Notes under the pieces: model-generated
Seen by the model: the letters and a program-made list of their open reading frames with translations, nothing else
The model's database searches: none
What the model was told of the DNA's origin: nothing
Shown: piece by piece, positions 55,279 through 63,180 of the stretch
Position numbering within the stretch: the first letter of the stretch is position 1
Layout of the letters: each line of letters opens with the position of its first letter
From: an uncultured Eubacteriales bacterium
Lineage (GTDB): Bacteria > Bacillota > Clostridia > Oscillospirales > CAG-272
Direction: 5' to 3'
NCBI GenBank assembly: GCA_900546315.1
Contig: URCP01000002.1
Coordinates: 19,314 to 83,313, forward strand
DNA length: 64,000 nucleotides
Translations under genes and position numbers: made by a program

Positions 55279-56127
55279 ATGACCGCGGTGGTCATGTTCG
55301 GCTTTCAGTTTCTTGTGAGCCAGAAATTCGCGAAGCACACGGGGAGCGGCGCGCGCGCCGCTCTGATATTCCAGATCGGAAGCAATGTCTGCGGTCTCAT
55401 CGTCATATCCGCCGTTTCGATGATACGAAACGGTGGTGTGACGTTCGGCGGCGTGAGCCTGTTCACGCTTCTGATGGCGACTCTGTCCGCGTGCAACTCG
55501 ATCGCCTACACAATATGCAGTCTGAAATCGCTCGGACGGATAAATCTTTCGCTCTATTCGGTCTTTTCAATGCTCGGCGGCATGGTTCTGCCGTTCATTC
55601 TCGGAGTCTGCTTCTTTGATGAGGGAATGAGCTTCGGGAAGCTGCTGTCTGCGGCGCTCATCACGGCGGCGCTCGCAGTCACCATTAAACCCGGCGAGGG
55701 AAAGGCGGGCGTCGGATACTATATAGGCGTATTCGTGCTGAACGGAATGAGCGGCGTCATATCGAAGCTCTATCAGTCCGCGCCGTTCGAAAAGGCGGAC
55801 GAGTACGGATATATGCTGCTCTGCGCGGCGGTTTCCGCCGTTATCTCGGTGGCGGCTCTGCTCTTTGTGAAAGGTGAGTACAAGAAACCGGACAGAGCCG
55901 CGGCGGGGGCAATGGGCATCTGCGGAACGCTGAGCTACGCTGGCAACCTGATTCTTCTGATCGCGCTCGCGCACGTTCCGGCGTCCGCGCAGTATCCGCT
56001 CGTGACCGGCGGAGTCATGGCGGTCTCGACTCTGTTGTGCTTCTTTACCGACAAGAAACCGACTCACCGCGAGCTCATTTCGGTCGCGCTCTCGGTCTGC
56101 GGGATATTCGCGATGATACTTATCTGA
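55279..56127 (+). CDS. DMT superfamily (EamA/GRP-like) 10-TM permease, subfamily A
   Basis: 282 aa. LAHVPASAQYPLVTGGVMAVSTLLCFFTDKKP parallels 9081-9938. In-frame upstream codons ..TIYYALI also match the paralog N-terminus MIYYGMI, but no canonical start codon is present there. Confidence 0.7.
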   Translation: MTAVVMFGFQFLVSQKFAKHTGSGARAALIFQIGSNVCGLIVISAVSMIRNGGVTFGGVSLFTLLMATLSACNSIAYTICSLKSLGRINLSLYSVFSMLGGMVLPFILGVCFFDEGMSFGKLLSAALITAALAVTIKPGEGKAGVGYYIGVFVLNGMSGVISKLYQSAPFEKADEYGYMLLCAAVSAVISVAALLFVKGEYKKPDRAAAGAMGICGTLSYAGNLILLIALAHVPASAQYPLVTGGVMAVSTLLCFFTDKKPTHRELISVALSVCGIFAMILI

Positions 56128-56573
56128 CTTTAATAATCCCCGTCGAAAACAAATAAAAACAGCGACTGACAAAATACGGCTGAAACATAGCCTTATTTTG
56201 CCAGCGCCGTTTTATTATTCATTGACCATGTCAACCTTTTTCCATCCTCGTACATTTTTTATACACATTCTTTTTGCTATTTTGATCACCTTTCCTGCCT
56301 CCTTAGTCCTCAGCTTTGATGTCTTGACTAATTGTGGCATATTTCCCATGAGTTGGCAAGGTGTTCCGGCGTTTTGCCTTATGTATTTTTCGTGACCTTT
56401 TTCGGTGGTTTTCTTTTAGCATAAACAACGCTCGGAGGCAGGGATACCGAGCATATCCGATGCTTGTTCGAAAGACGAAGAAGTGTTTTTCATAAGTGCG
56501 CACAAGGATTTGATAAAACCGTATCTCTCACTGTTTCTGAATATTTATATATTGTGCGTTCGGCGTTTCCGAC

Positions 56574-56593
56574 AATTTCAGATATCTGAAATT
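56574..56593. promoter_or_regulatory. 20-bp perfect palindrome upstream of the cas3 promoter (candidate regulator binding site)
   Basis: AATTTCAGATATCTGAAATT is self-complementary. Its end lies 40 nt upstream of the -35 hexamer. Confidence 0.45.
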
Positions 56594-56633
56594 GGTAATG
56601 ATGACAAAATCTGAGCGCTATTCAAGGTCACTA

Positions 56634-56662
56634 TTGACAAACTTCATAAATAGTGTTATAAT
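56634..56662 (+). promoter_or_regulatory. consensus sigma-A promoter of the cas operon
   Basis: TTGACA-N17-TATAAT, with both hexamers at perfect consensus and the spacer counted as 17. It lies 35 nt upstream of the cas3 ATG at 56697. Confidence 0.7.
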
Positions 56663-56696
56663 ATAGACATAAAAACTGTTGAAAGAATATTCGAAA

Positions 56697-59039
56697 ATGA
56701 CAGCACACTTTAATAAACAAACCCAATGCGAGCAATCTCTTACAGATCACAGTCGTCACACGGCAGAGCTTACCGGATTCCGTCTTGCCGCTGTCAGATT
56801 CCGTTACACAGGGTATCTTACCGGACTTCTGCATGACCTTGGTAAGGGGACTGAACGTTTCAATGCTTATATACATGCTCCTGATGAGTACAGGCGCGGA
56901 GAAATCCACCACGCGCCTTCCGGCGCGATTTTTGTTTATGAGCGCTGGTATCTTAAAGCAAAGTCACCTGTCGAAAAGCTCGCGGCGCAGATCATCGCCA
57001 TGGTCATTTACGGTCATCACGGCGGACTTATGGATGTTATCGCCCAGAACGGCGAGGAGCTTCTGAAAAACGCCCTCGGGCAAGACAAGCACGCGCTCGG
57101 ATATGACGAAGCCGTTGACAATTTTATCGCCGGGACGGTGGGGACTGATGAGCTCGACCAGCTTTTTAACGAAGCGGTCAAAGAGTTTTCAGCATTTTTC
57201 GGAAAGCTCGCGGTGAACTTCCGCAGTGATCGGAAGTTTATCATGATAAGCCTGCTCGCGAGACTCATACTGAGCGCGCTGGTTGATTCGGACAGGTTTG
57301 ACAGCGCCTGCTTTGAATATTCTGCTGATCCCTTTGCCGCACGCAATGATCCTGACTGGAGCGCGGCGCTCGCAGCACTTGACAATAAGCTCGCGGGATT
57401 CCCGTGTGCAAATGAGATAGACCGAATCAGAAAAAAGATCTCGGATGAGTGCTTTACCGCGGCCAAAAAGGACGGCAATGTCTTCCGTCTGACTGTCCCG
57501 ACTGGCGGCGGAAAGACTTTTTCGAGTCTCAGATTCGCGCTCGAACGCGCGGTTTCACACAAAAATGTCAATCGTATTTTTTATGTCATTCCGTTCAACA
57601 CGATACTCGACCAGAATGCGCGGGACATCCGCGACGCGCTCGGAAATACTATAGATATTCTTGAGAACCACTCGAACGTGATATTCGACGCCGATGATTC
57701 CGATGGATTTGAGGAATATACCAGACTCACCGAGCGCTGGGACGCTGATCTTGTCCTGACTTCTATGGTACGCTTCATGGACTCAATCTATGGAAAGAGC
57801 AACACCGATGCACGTAGAATGTCGGCGCTGATCGGATCGGTTCTGATATTCGACGAGGTGCAGGCACTGCCGATAACCTGCCGGGTTTTATTCGAGTGCG
57901 CGGTCGACTTTTTAATGGAGTTCTGCGGCTGCACTGTGGTTCTGTGCACAGCGACTCAGCCTGTAACAGACCTCGATAACAAGCCGGAGGAGATAACAGG
58001 CGATGTTGAGCGGTTGTTTTCTTCAATGAAGCGGGTGAATATCCATGACGAGACACAAAAAATGCTCTCAGCAGAAGACGCCGCCGAACGGCTTTCCGGA
58101 CTTATCGGAAAGTATGGTTCGTTGCTGATGATAGTCAACACAAAGCCGATGGCAAGAAAGCTCTACGAGTTAATGAAAGACCGTGTCACGAGCGTTCATC
58201 TGAGCACCGGAATGTACCCGGAACACCGTCTGCGGCTTATCGACCGGATAAAATCCCGCGACAAATCGAAGCCGTTCTTCTGTGTCTCGACTTCACTAAT
58301 TGAAGCCGGAATAAACATCAGTTTTCCATGCGTCGTAAGAAGTCTCGCCGGACTCGGGAGCATATTGCAGGCGGCTGGTCGCTGCAACCGGAACGGTGAA
58401 AGTGAACGCGGAGAGGTCTTCGTCTGGCAGCTCGATGAAAATTTAAGAAATCTCCCGGAGATAAAAGCCGCCGCCGAGATAACACGCGGACTTCTGGTTG
58501 ATGAAGAAAATATCGGTTCGCTTGAGAATATAAACATATATTTTGAGCGAGAGAGAGACAAGCTTCCTGAAATGATCTCGAAATTCTCTGACAAGCGAAT
58601 AGGAGATTTCAAGAAGCTTGTTAAATTCCCGCTGTCTGCGATAAACTCTGAGACGACGATTTTCGATCTGCTCAGCACAGGTTTCAGAAGGAACTCTGCA
58701 AAAAATGAATTTGCTTTGAACTCCGCTTTCCGGACGGCGGGCGAGAATTTCCATGTGATCGACAGTCTGACTCGCGGAGTTCTTGTGCCTGAAGGGCGCG
58801 GAGCGGAGATACTCGCGGAGCTCTGCGGCGAATTATCCTACGACAAGACAAAACTTCTGCTGCGTGAAGCGGCACAGTACAGCGTGTCGATTTACAGCGG
58901 AATGTTCAACTATCTCAGAGAACAGAAGGCACTGATATACCTTGAGAATGTCGGTCTGTACGCGCTTCGCGACGGATGGTATGACGATGAGACCGGAATT
59001 ATGACGGCAGCGGGCGAAATGAGCTTTCTTGGATTCTGA
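56697..59039 (+). CDS. cas3: CRISPR-associated helicase/nuclease Cas3 (type I, HD + DEAD-box helicase)
   Basis: HD domain SLTDHSRHTAEL...GLLHDLGKGTERF. Helicase motif I TVPTGGGKT, motif II LIFDEVQAL, then TATQP. The ATG at 56697 is preferred over the TTG at 56679. Confidence 0.9.
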   Translation: MTAHFNKQTQCEQSLTDHSRHTAELTGFRLAAVRFRYTGYLTGLLHDLGKGTERFNAYIHAPDEYRRGEIHHAPSGAIFVYERWYLKAKSPVEKLAAQIIAMVIYGHHGGLMDVIAQNGEELLKNALGQDKHALGYDEAVDNFIAGTVGTDELDQLFNEAVKEFSAFFGKLAVNFRSDRKFIMISLLARLILSALVDSDRFDSACFEYSADPFAARNDPDWSAALAALDNKLAGFPCANEIDRIRKKISDECFTAAKKDGNVFRLTVPTGGGKTFSSLRFALERAVSHKNVNRIFYVIPFNTILDQNARDIRDALGNTIDILENHSNVIFDADDSDGFEEYTRLTERWDADLVLTSMVRFMDSIYGKSNTDARRMSALIGSVLIFDEVQALPITCRVLFECAVDFLMEFCGCTVVLCTATQPVTDLDNKPEEITGDVERLFSSMKRVNIHDETQKMLSAEDAAERLSGLIGKYGSLLMIVNTKPMARKLYELMKDRVTSVHLSTGMYPEHRLRLIDRIKSRDKSKPFFCVSTSLIEAGINISFPCVVRSLAGLGSILQAAGRCNRNGESERGEVFVWQLDENLRNLPEIKAAAEITRGLLVDEENIGSLENINIYFERERDKLPEMISKFSDKRIGDFKKLVKFPLSAINSETTIFDLLSTGFRRNSAKNEFALNSAFRTAGENFHVIDSLTRGVLVPEGRGAEILAELCGELSYDKTKLLLREAAQYSVSIYSGMFNYLREQKALIYLENVGLYALRDGWYDDETGIMTAAGEMSFLGF

Positions 59040-59055
59040 AAATGGAGGAGAAAAA

Positions 59056-59820
59056 ATGAAATATCCCAACAGGGTGTCATATCTGCTCTACGGCAGATAC
59101 GCGCTGTTCACAGACCCATCAACACGCGTCGGCGGAGAAAAATCCACTCTTTCTGTCCCGACCTATCAAGCACTGAAGGGCATAACCGAGAGCATCTACT
59201 GGAAACCGACGATAACCTGGATAATCGACCGCGTACGGATTTTGAATCCGATCGTCACCGAGTCAAAGCATATCCGACCGATAAATTTCACGGATTCCGG
59301 CAACACGCTTTCAGTATACAATTATCTGAAATCGCCGCGCTATCAGGTAGAGGCGCATTTCATATTCAATGAGTTCCGACCGGAATATGAAAACGACCGT
59401 AACGAGGACAAGCATTTCAAGATAGCCGAACGCATGATAGAGCGCGGAGGCAGACGCGATATTTTCCTCGGTACGCGCGAGTGTCAGGGATATGTTGAGC
59501 CCTGCCGCTTCGGCGAGGGAGAAGGCGCGTATGACAAAACCGGAAGCATAAATCTCGGACTAATGCTGCACGGCTTTGATTATCCGGATGAGACGGGACG
59601 CGATATGCTCGGCGTCAGGTTCTGGCGTCCGACGATGACCGACGGAGTGATAGACTTCATAAAGCCATCGGAGTGTGATCGTCGGCTCTGCCGCGACATA
59701 CGACCGATGAGAAAGAAGAATTTCAAGGAGTTTTCGGGGCTTGAGGAAGAAGCGCTGAGAAAGATTTACGAGGAGGTGGAGGAAGATGAGCTGGCTCGCG
59801 TCATTGAGCGAGACCTATGA
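59056..59820 (+). CDS. cas5: type I-C CRISPR-associated protein Cas5c (Cas5d)
   Basis: MKYPNRVSYLLYGRYALFTDPSTRVGGEKSTLSVPTYQALKGITESIYWKPTITWIIDRVRILNPI is the Cas5d N-terminal signature. GGAGGAG SD after the cas3 stop. Confidence 0.9.
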   Translation: MKYPNRVSYLLYGRYALFTDPSTRVGGEKSTLSVPTYQALKGITESIYWKPTITWIIDRVRILNPIVTESKHIRPINFTDSGNTLSVYNYLKSPRYQVEAHFIFNEFRPEYENDRNEDKHFKIAERMIERGGRRDIFLGTRECQGYVEPCRFGEGEGAYDKTGSINLGLMLHGFDYPDETGRDMLGVRFWRPTMTDGVIDFIKPSECDRRLCRDIRPMRKKNFKEFSGLEEEALRKIYEEVEEDELARVIERDL

Positions 59821-61624
59821 TAATTTCTACGGCGGCGCGTATGAACAGACCGGTGACCGCATAGTCCCGGTGGGATTTATCACAAAAGATGTGCTTTTTA
59901 CGGTGCTTCTTGACGCTGACGGAAATTTCCGCGGCGCGGTCAGGAATGAGAAGAAGACGGTGCGGATTCCGTCATCGCCCGATGCCGCCGGACGCACCGG
60001 ACCGCCTACACCGTTTCCGCTTTATGATGAGCTCAGGTATATGGCCGGCGATTTGTCAGAAATGATCGGGCTTTCGTTTGAATCGTATTTCGAAAGCTAT
60101 ATTGCCGCGCTGCGTGATTGTAGTCAGGCGGAAGGCGCTCCGTCAGTACTCGGACTTCTGCTCGGCTATCTCGAGCGAAAAACGCTTGCAAACGATCTTA
60201 AAACTGCCGGGCACATAACCTACAAGAAGGATTTCGGGTCAAAAAGCGCGCTTGAAAAGCTGTACAAGGGTATGGTCGAATTCCGTATCTATGACGGCAG
60301 TGAACATGATTATATCGGAATAGCCGATATGCCTGATGTACAGAAAAACTGGTCGAAGCGGCTGGTCGACTCTATGGGGAACTTCGGGCTTTGCTGCGCG
60401 AGCGGCGAGGTGACTGCAATAGCTGACAAGCACCCTAAGCTGTTCGGAAACACAAAGCTGATCTCATCCAAGGACGCGCAGAGGGTATTCCAGTACAGAG
60501 GGCGGTTCACTTCATCCGAAGACGCGTGCATGATCGGATATGAAACCTCCGAAAAGGCGCACAATACTCTGAGATGGCTTATTGGCAGACAGGGCTGCCG
60601 GAAATTCAGCCTTAATTTCGTCGCGTGGAGCAAGGAATGCTATGACGTCATTCAGCCGGATGCTGACCTTGAATTTCTTGGTATTGAACCAGAGACAAGG
60701 ATTGACACGGCGGAGGATTACTCGAAATTCATCTCCGCGAGACTCGCGGGGTATCAGAAAAAGCCGGCGTATGAACCGGCAAACCATGTCATTTTGATGG
60801 GACTTGAGGCGGCGACACCCGGCAGAATGTCGATAAATTATTACGAGGAGCTCGGCGGCAGGGAATATCTCGACCGGCTCGGAAGGTGGTACGAAAACTG
60901 CTTCTGGCGGATAAGCTGGTTTGACAATGACAAAAAACGGCGCACCGGCATGCTCACGCCGAGCCTTGAGGCAATCGGTAACGCGGTATTCGGCCGTGAT
61001 GAGATGATGTCAGCAAAACGTGACGTTCGAGACGAAAAATCCGGCACAAAACAAGTCAGGCACTTCTACCTGAATATGCTCGCCTGTATTTCAGGTGGTC
61101 GTCACGCGCCGGTCGGATATACAATGACGGCGTATCACCGTGTTCTGAACCCGCAGAGCTTCAGGAATAGAAACGGCAGCTGGCAGAGAACGGATTGGAT
61201 TGATTGCATGGGAGTCACACTCGCCATGCTCAAAAGCGCGGACACAAAGGAGGAATATAACGTGGCATTAAACGAAAAAGAGACCGACCGGAGCTATCTC
61301 TATGGGAGACTGACCGCGGTCGCTGATATTATCGAGTCAAGAGCTTTGTACGAGACAGACAGCGATCGTATGACAAACGCGGTACGGCTCTTCACTGTGA
61401 TGCAGCAGCGTCCCGCGACAACATGGCAGAATCTCGAACAGAAACTGTCGCCGTACTTCGGGAAGCTCAGCGCGGCATCACGCGCGTGGTATAAGAGGAT
61501 GATTGACTCGATAATCGAGCTTGGCGACGATCTTATGGGGGATAACTCGCCCCTTTCGCCGCGCTTTATTGAAGGTTATCACAACCAACGATATGTTTTG
61601 CTAAGCAAAAAGAAGGAGAACTGA
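59786..61624 (+). CDS. cas8c: type I-C CRISPR-associated protein Cas8c (Csd1)
   Basis: 612-aa large subunit located between cas5c and cas7c. The N-terminus MSWLASLSETYDN...IVPVGF is typical of Csd1. Confidence 0.85.
   Translation: MSWLASLSETYDNFYGGAYEQTGDRIVPVGFITKDVLFTVLLDADGNFRGAVRNEKKTVRIPSSPDAAGRTGPPTPFPLYDELRYMAGDLSEMIGLSFESYFESYIAALRDCSQAEGAPSVLGLLLGYLERKTLANDLKTAGHITYKKDFGSKSALEKLYKGMVEFRIYDGSEHDYIGIADMPDVQKNWSKRLVDSMGNFGLCCASGEVTAIADKHPKLFGNTKLISSKDAQRVFQYRGRFTSSEDACMIGYETSEKAHNTLRWLIGRQGCRKFSLNFVAWSKECYDVIQPDADLEFLGIEPETRIDTAEDYSKFISARLAGYQKKPAYEPANHVILMGLEAATPGRMSINYYEELGGREYLDRLGRWYENCFWRISWFDNDKKRRTGMLTPSLEAIGNAVFGRDEMMSAKRDVRDEKSGTKQVRHFYLNMLACISGGRHAPVGYTMTAYHRVLNPQSFRNRNGSWQRTDWIDCMGVTLAMLKSADTKEEYNVALNEKETDRSYLYGRLTAVADIIESRALYETDSDRMTNAVRLFTVMQQRPATTWQNLEQKLSPYFGKLSAASRAWYKRMIDSIIELGDDLMGDNSPLSPRFIEGYHNQRYVLLSKKKEN
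61262..61624 (+). CDS. cas11: candidate internally translated small subunit Cas11c (in frame within the cas8c 3' end)
   Basis: AAGGAGG lies 8 nt upstream of an in-frame GTG at 61262. It would give a 120-aa helical product (VALNEKETDRSYLYGRLTAVADIIESRAL...), consistent with the published internal-start mechanism for type I-C Cas11. Confidence 0.5.
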   Translation: MALNEKETDRSYLYGRLTAVADIIESRALYETDSDRMTNAVRLFTVMQQRPATTWQNLEQKLSPYFGKLSAASRAWYKRMIDSIIELGDDLMGDNSPLSPRFIEGYHNQRYVLLSKKKEN

Positions 61625-61625
61625 A

Positions 61626-62540
61626 ATGGAGAATATCAGAAACAAAATTGACTTCGCGCTCGTATTTACCGCGACAAAATGCAATCCGAACGGCGACCCG
61701 CTCGACGGCAACCGCCCGCGCACCGACATCGACGGCTTCGGAGAGGTATCGGATGTCTGCCTGAAACGCAAGATCAGAAATCGCGTGCTCGACATGGGCG
61801 GGAATATCTTCGTTCAGTCGGACGACAACCGCGGCGACGATTTCCGCTCACTCAGAGACAGAGCTGACGGCTGTGAGAAGCTCGTGGAAGCCTCAAAGTC
61901 AGGAAACAGAGATAATTACGCGAAAGTGGCATGCAAGGAATGGTTTGACGTCAGAGCCTTTGGTCAGGTGTTCGCGTTCAAGGACAGCAAGAAGGCAAAG
62001 AAGAAGTCCGACGAGGATCAGGACGAGGGTGAGAATTCCGATTCGGTATCAATCGGAATCCGCGGACCGGTCAGTGTGCAGATGGCTGTGAGTGCCGATC
62101 CGGTCGACATAAATATGATGCAGATCACTAAGTCGGTAAACCTCGAGACTGGCGACGACCCAGACAAGCGCGGCAAGGACACGATGGGAACGAAATATTT
62201 CGTGGACTTCGGAGTATACACGACCTTCGGCTCGATAAACGTCAAAATGGCTGAGAAAACCGGATTCACTGTCGAAGACGCGGATACGCTCAAAGAAGCT
62301 CTTCGCACGCTCTTTGTCAACGACGAGACCGCGGCACGCCCGTCAGGCTCAATGGAGGTCGTGAAGCTCATCTGGTGGACACATAACAACGAGATCGGTC
62401 AGTATTCGCCAGCGAAGGTACATAAGCTGCTGAATGTCGAAAAGAAGCCGGGCGTGACCACACCGCGGAGCATTGAGGATTACGATATAGCGGTCGGAGA
62501 GCTTCCAGGACTCGCTTATGAAGATGTCGCTGTCAACTGA
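61626..62540 (+). CDS. cas7: type I-C CRISPR-associated protein Cas7c (Csd2)
   Basis: MENIRNKIDFALVFTATKCNPNGDPLDGNRPRTDIDGFGEVSDVCLKRKIRN is the Csd2/Cas7 signature. Confidence 0.9.
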   Translation: MENIRNKIDFALVFTATKCNPNGDPLDGNRPRTDIDGFGEVSDVCLKRKIRNRVLDMGGNIFVQSDDNRGDDFRSLRDRADGCEKLVEASKSGNRDNYAKVACKEWFDVRAFGQVFAFKDSKKAKKKSDEDQDEGENSDSVSIGIRGPVSVQMAVSADPVDINMMQITKSVNLETGDDPDKRGKDTMGTKYFVDFGVYTTFGSINVKMAEKTGFTVEDADTLKEALRTLFVNDETAARPSGSMEVVKLIWWTHNNEIGQYSPAKVHKLLNVEKKPGVTTPRSIEDYDIAVGELPGLAYEDVAVN

Positions 62541-63180
62541 CGATTATTTACAGATTTCAGGGATAAAGCACTTCAGATTCTGCCGGAGGCGCTGGGCGCT
62601 CGTTCATATTGAGCAGCAGTGGGACGAGAATGCGCTCACTGTCTCCGGGCATCTGATGCACGAGAGGGTGCACGACGACGGATTTACCGAAAAGCGCGGG
62701 AGAATCATCCTCTCGCGCGGAATGCCGGTGAGGTCTGACCGGCTCGGAATTACCGGCGTCTGTGATATGGTCGAGCTAATCCGCGACGATGAAAACGGTA
62801 TATCAATACATGGGCGCGAGGGAAAATACCTCGTGAATCCGGTTGAATACAAGCACGGAAAGCCTGACGACGCTGATCTGTGGCAGCTATGCGCGCAGGT
62901 TATCTGCCTTGAGGAAATGTTCGTGACCGATATTCCGCGCGCGGACATATATTACGGCGGGCTTCACGCGCGAAAGACCTATGAGATCACTTCTGAGCTC
63001 AGATCCGAGGTGGAAAAAGCCGTTGAGGAGATGAATTCACTCATGAAGCGCGGATATACGCCCAAAGTCAAACCGCAGAAGTTCTGCCGGAGCTGCTCGA
63101 TGTACGAGATCTGCCAGCCCAGACTGTCAAAGCGCGGTTCGGCGTCGGAATATGTGAAGGGGGTGCTTGCCGAAAAATGA
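62518..63180 (+). CDS. cas4: CRISPR-associated exonuclease Cas4 (RecB-like, 4-Cys cluster)
   Basis: ISGIKHFRFCRRRWALVHIEQQW...VEYKHGKP...QLCAQVICLEEMF...CRSCSMYEICQP (one Cys plus a 3-Cys Fe-S cluster pattern). Confidence 0.9.
   Translation: MKMSLSTDDYLQISGIKHFRFCRRRWALVHIEQQWDENALTVSGHLMHERVHDDGFTEKRGRIILSRGMPVRSDRLGITGVCDMVELIRDDENGISIHGREGKYLVNPVEYKHGKPDDADLWQLCAQVICLEEMFVTDIPRADIYYGGLHARKTYEITSELRSEVEKAVEEMNSLMKRGYTPKVKPQKFCRSCSMYEICQPRLSKRGSASEYVKGVLAEK

Noticed and set aside
56198-56503. ORF-track entries 56198-56395 (+, 65 aa) and 56303-56503 (-, 66 aa) in the cas3 upstream region, considered as small accessory or anti-CRISPR-like genes.
   Set aside because: They have no SD and low-complexity or highly basic composition. 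They overlap each other on opposite strands in AT-rich non-coding DNA. At best they are fragments of a decayed gene, as noted in the findings.
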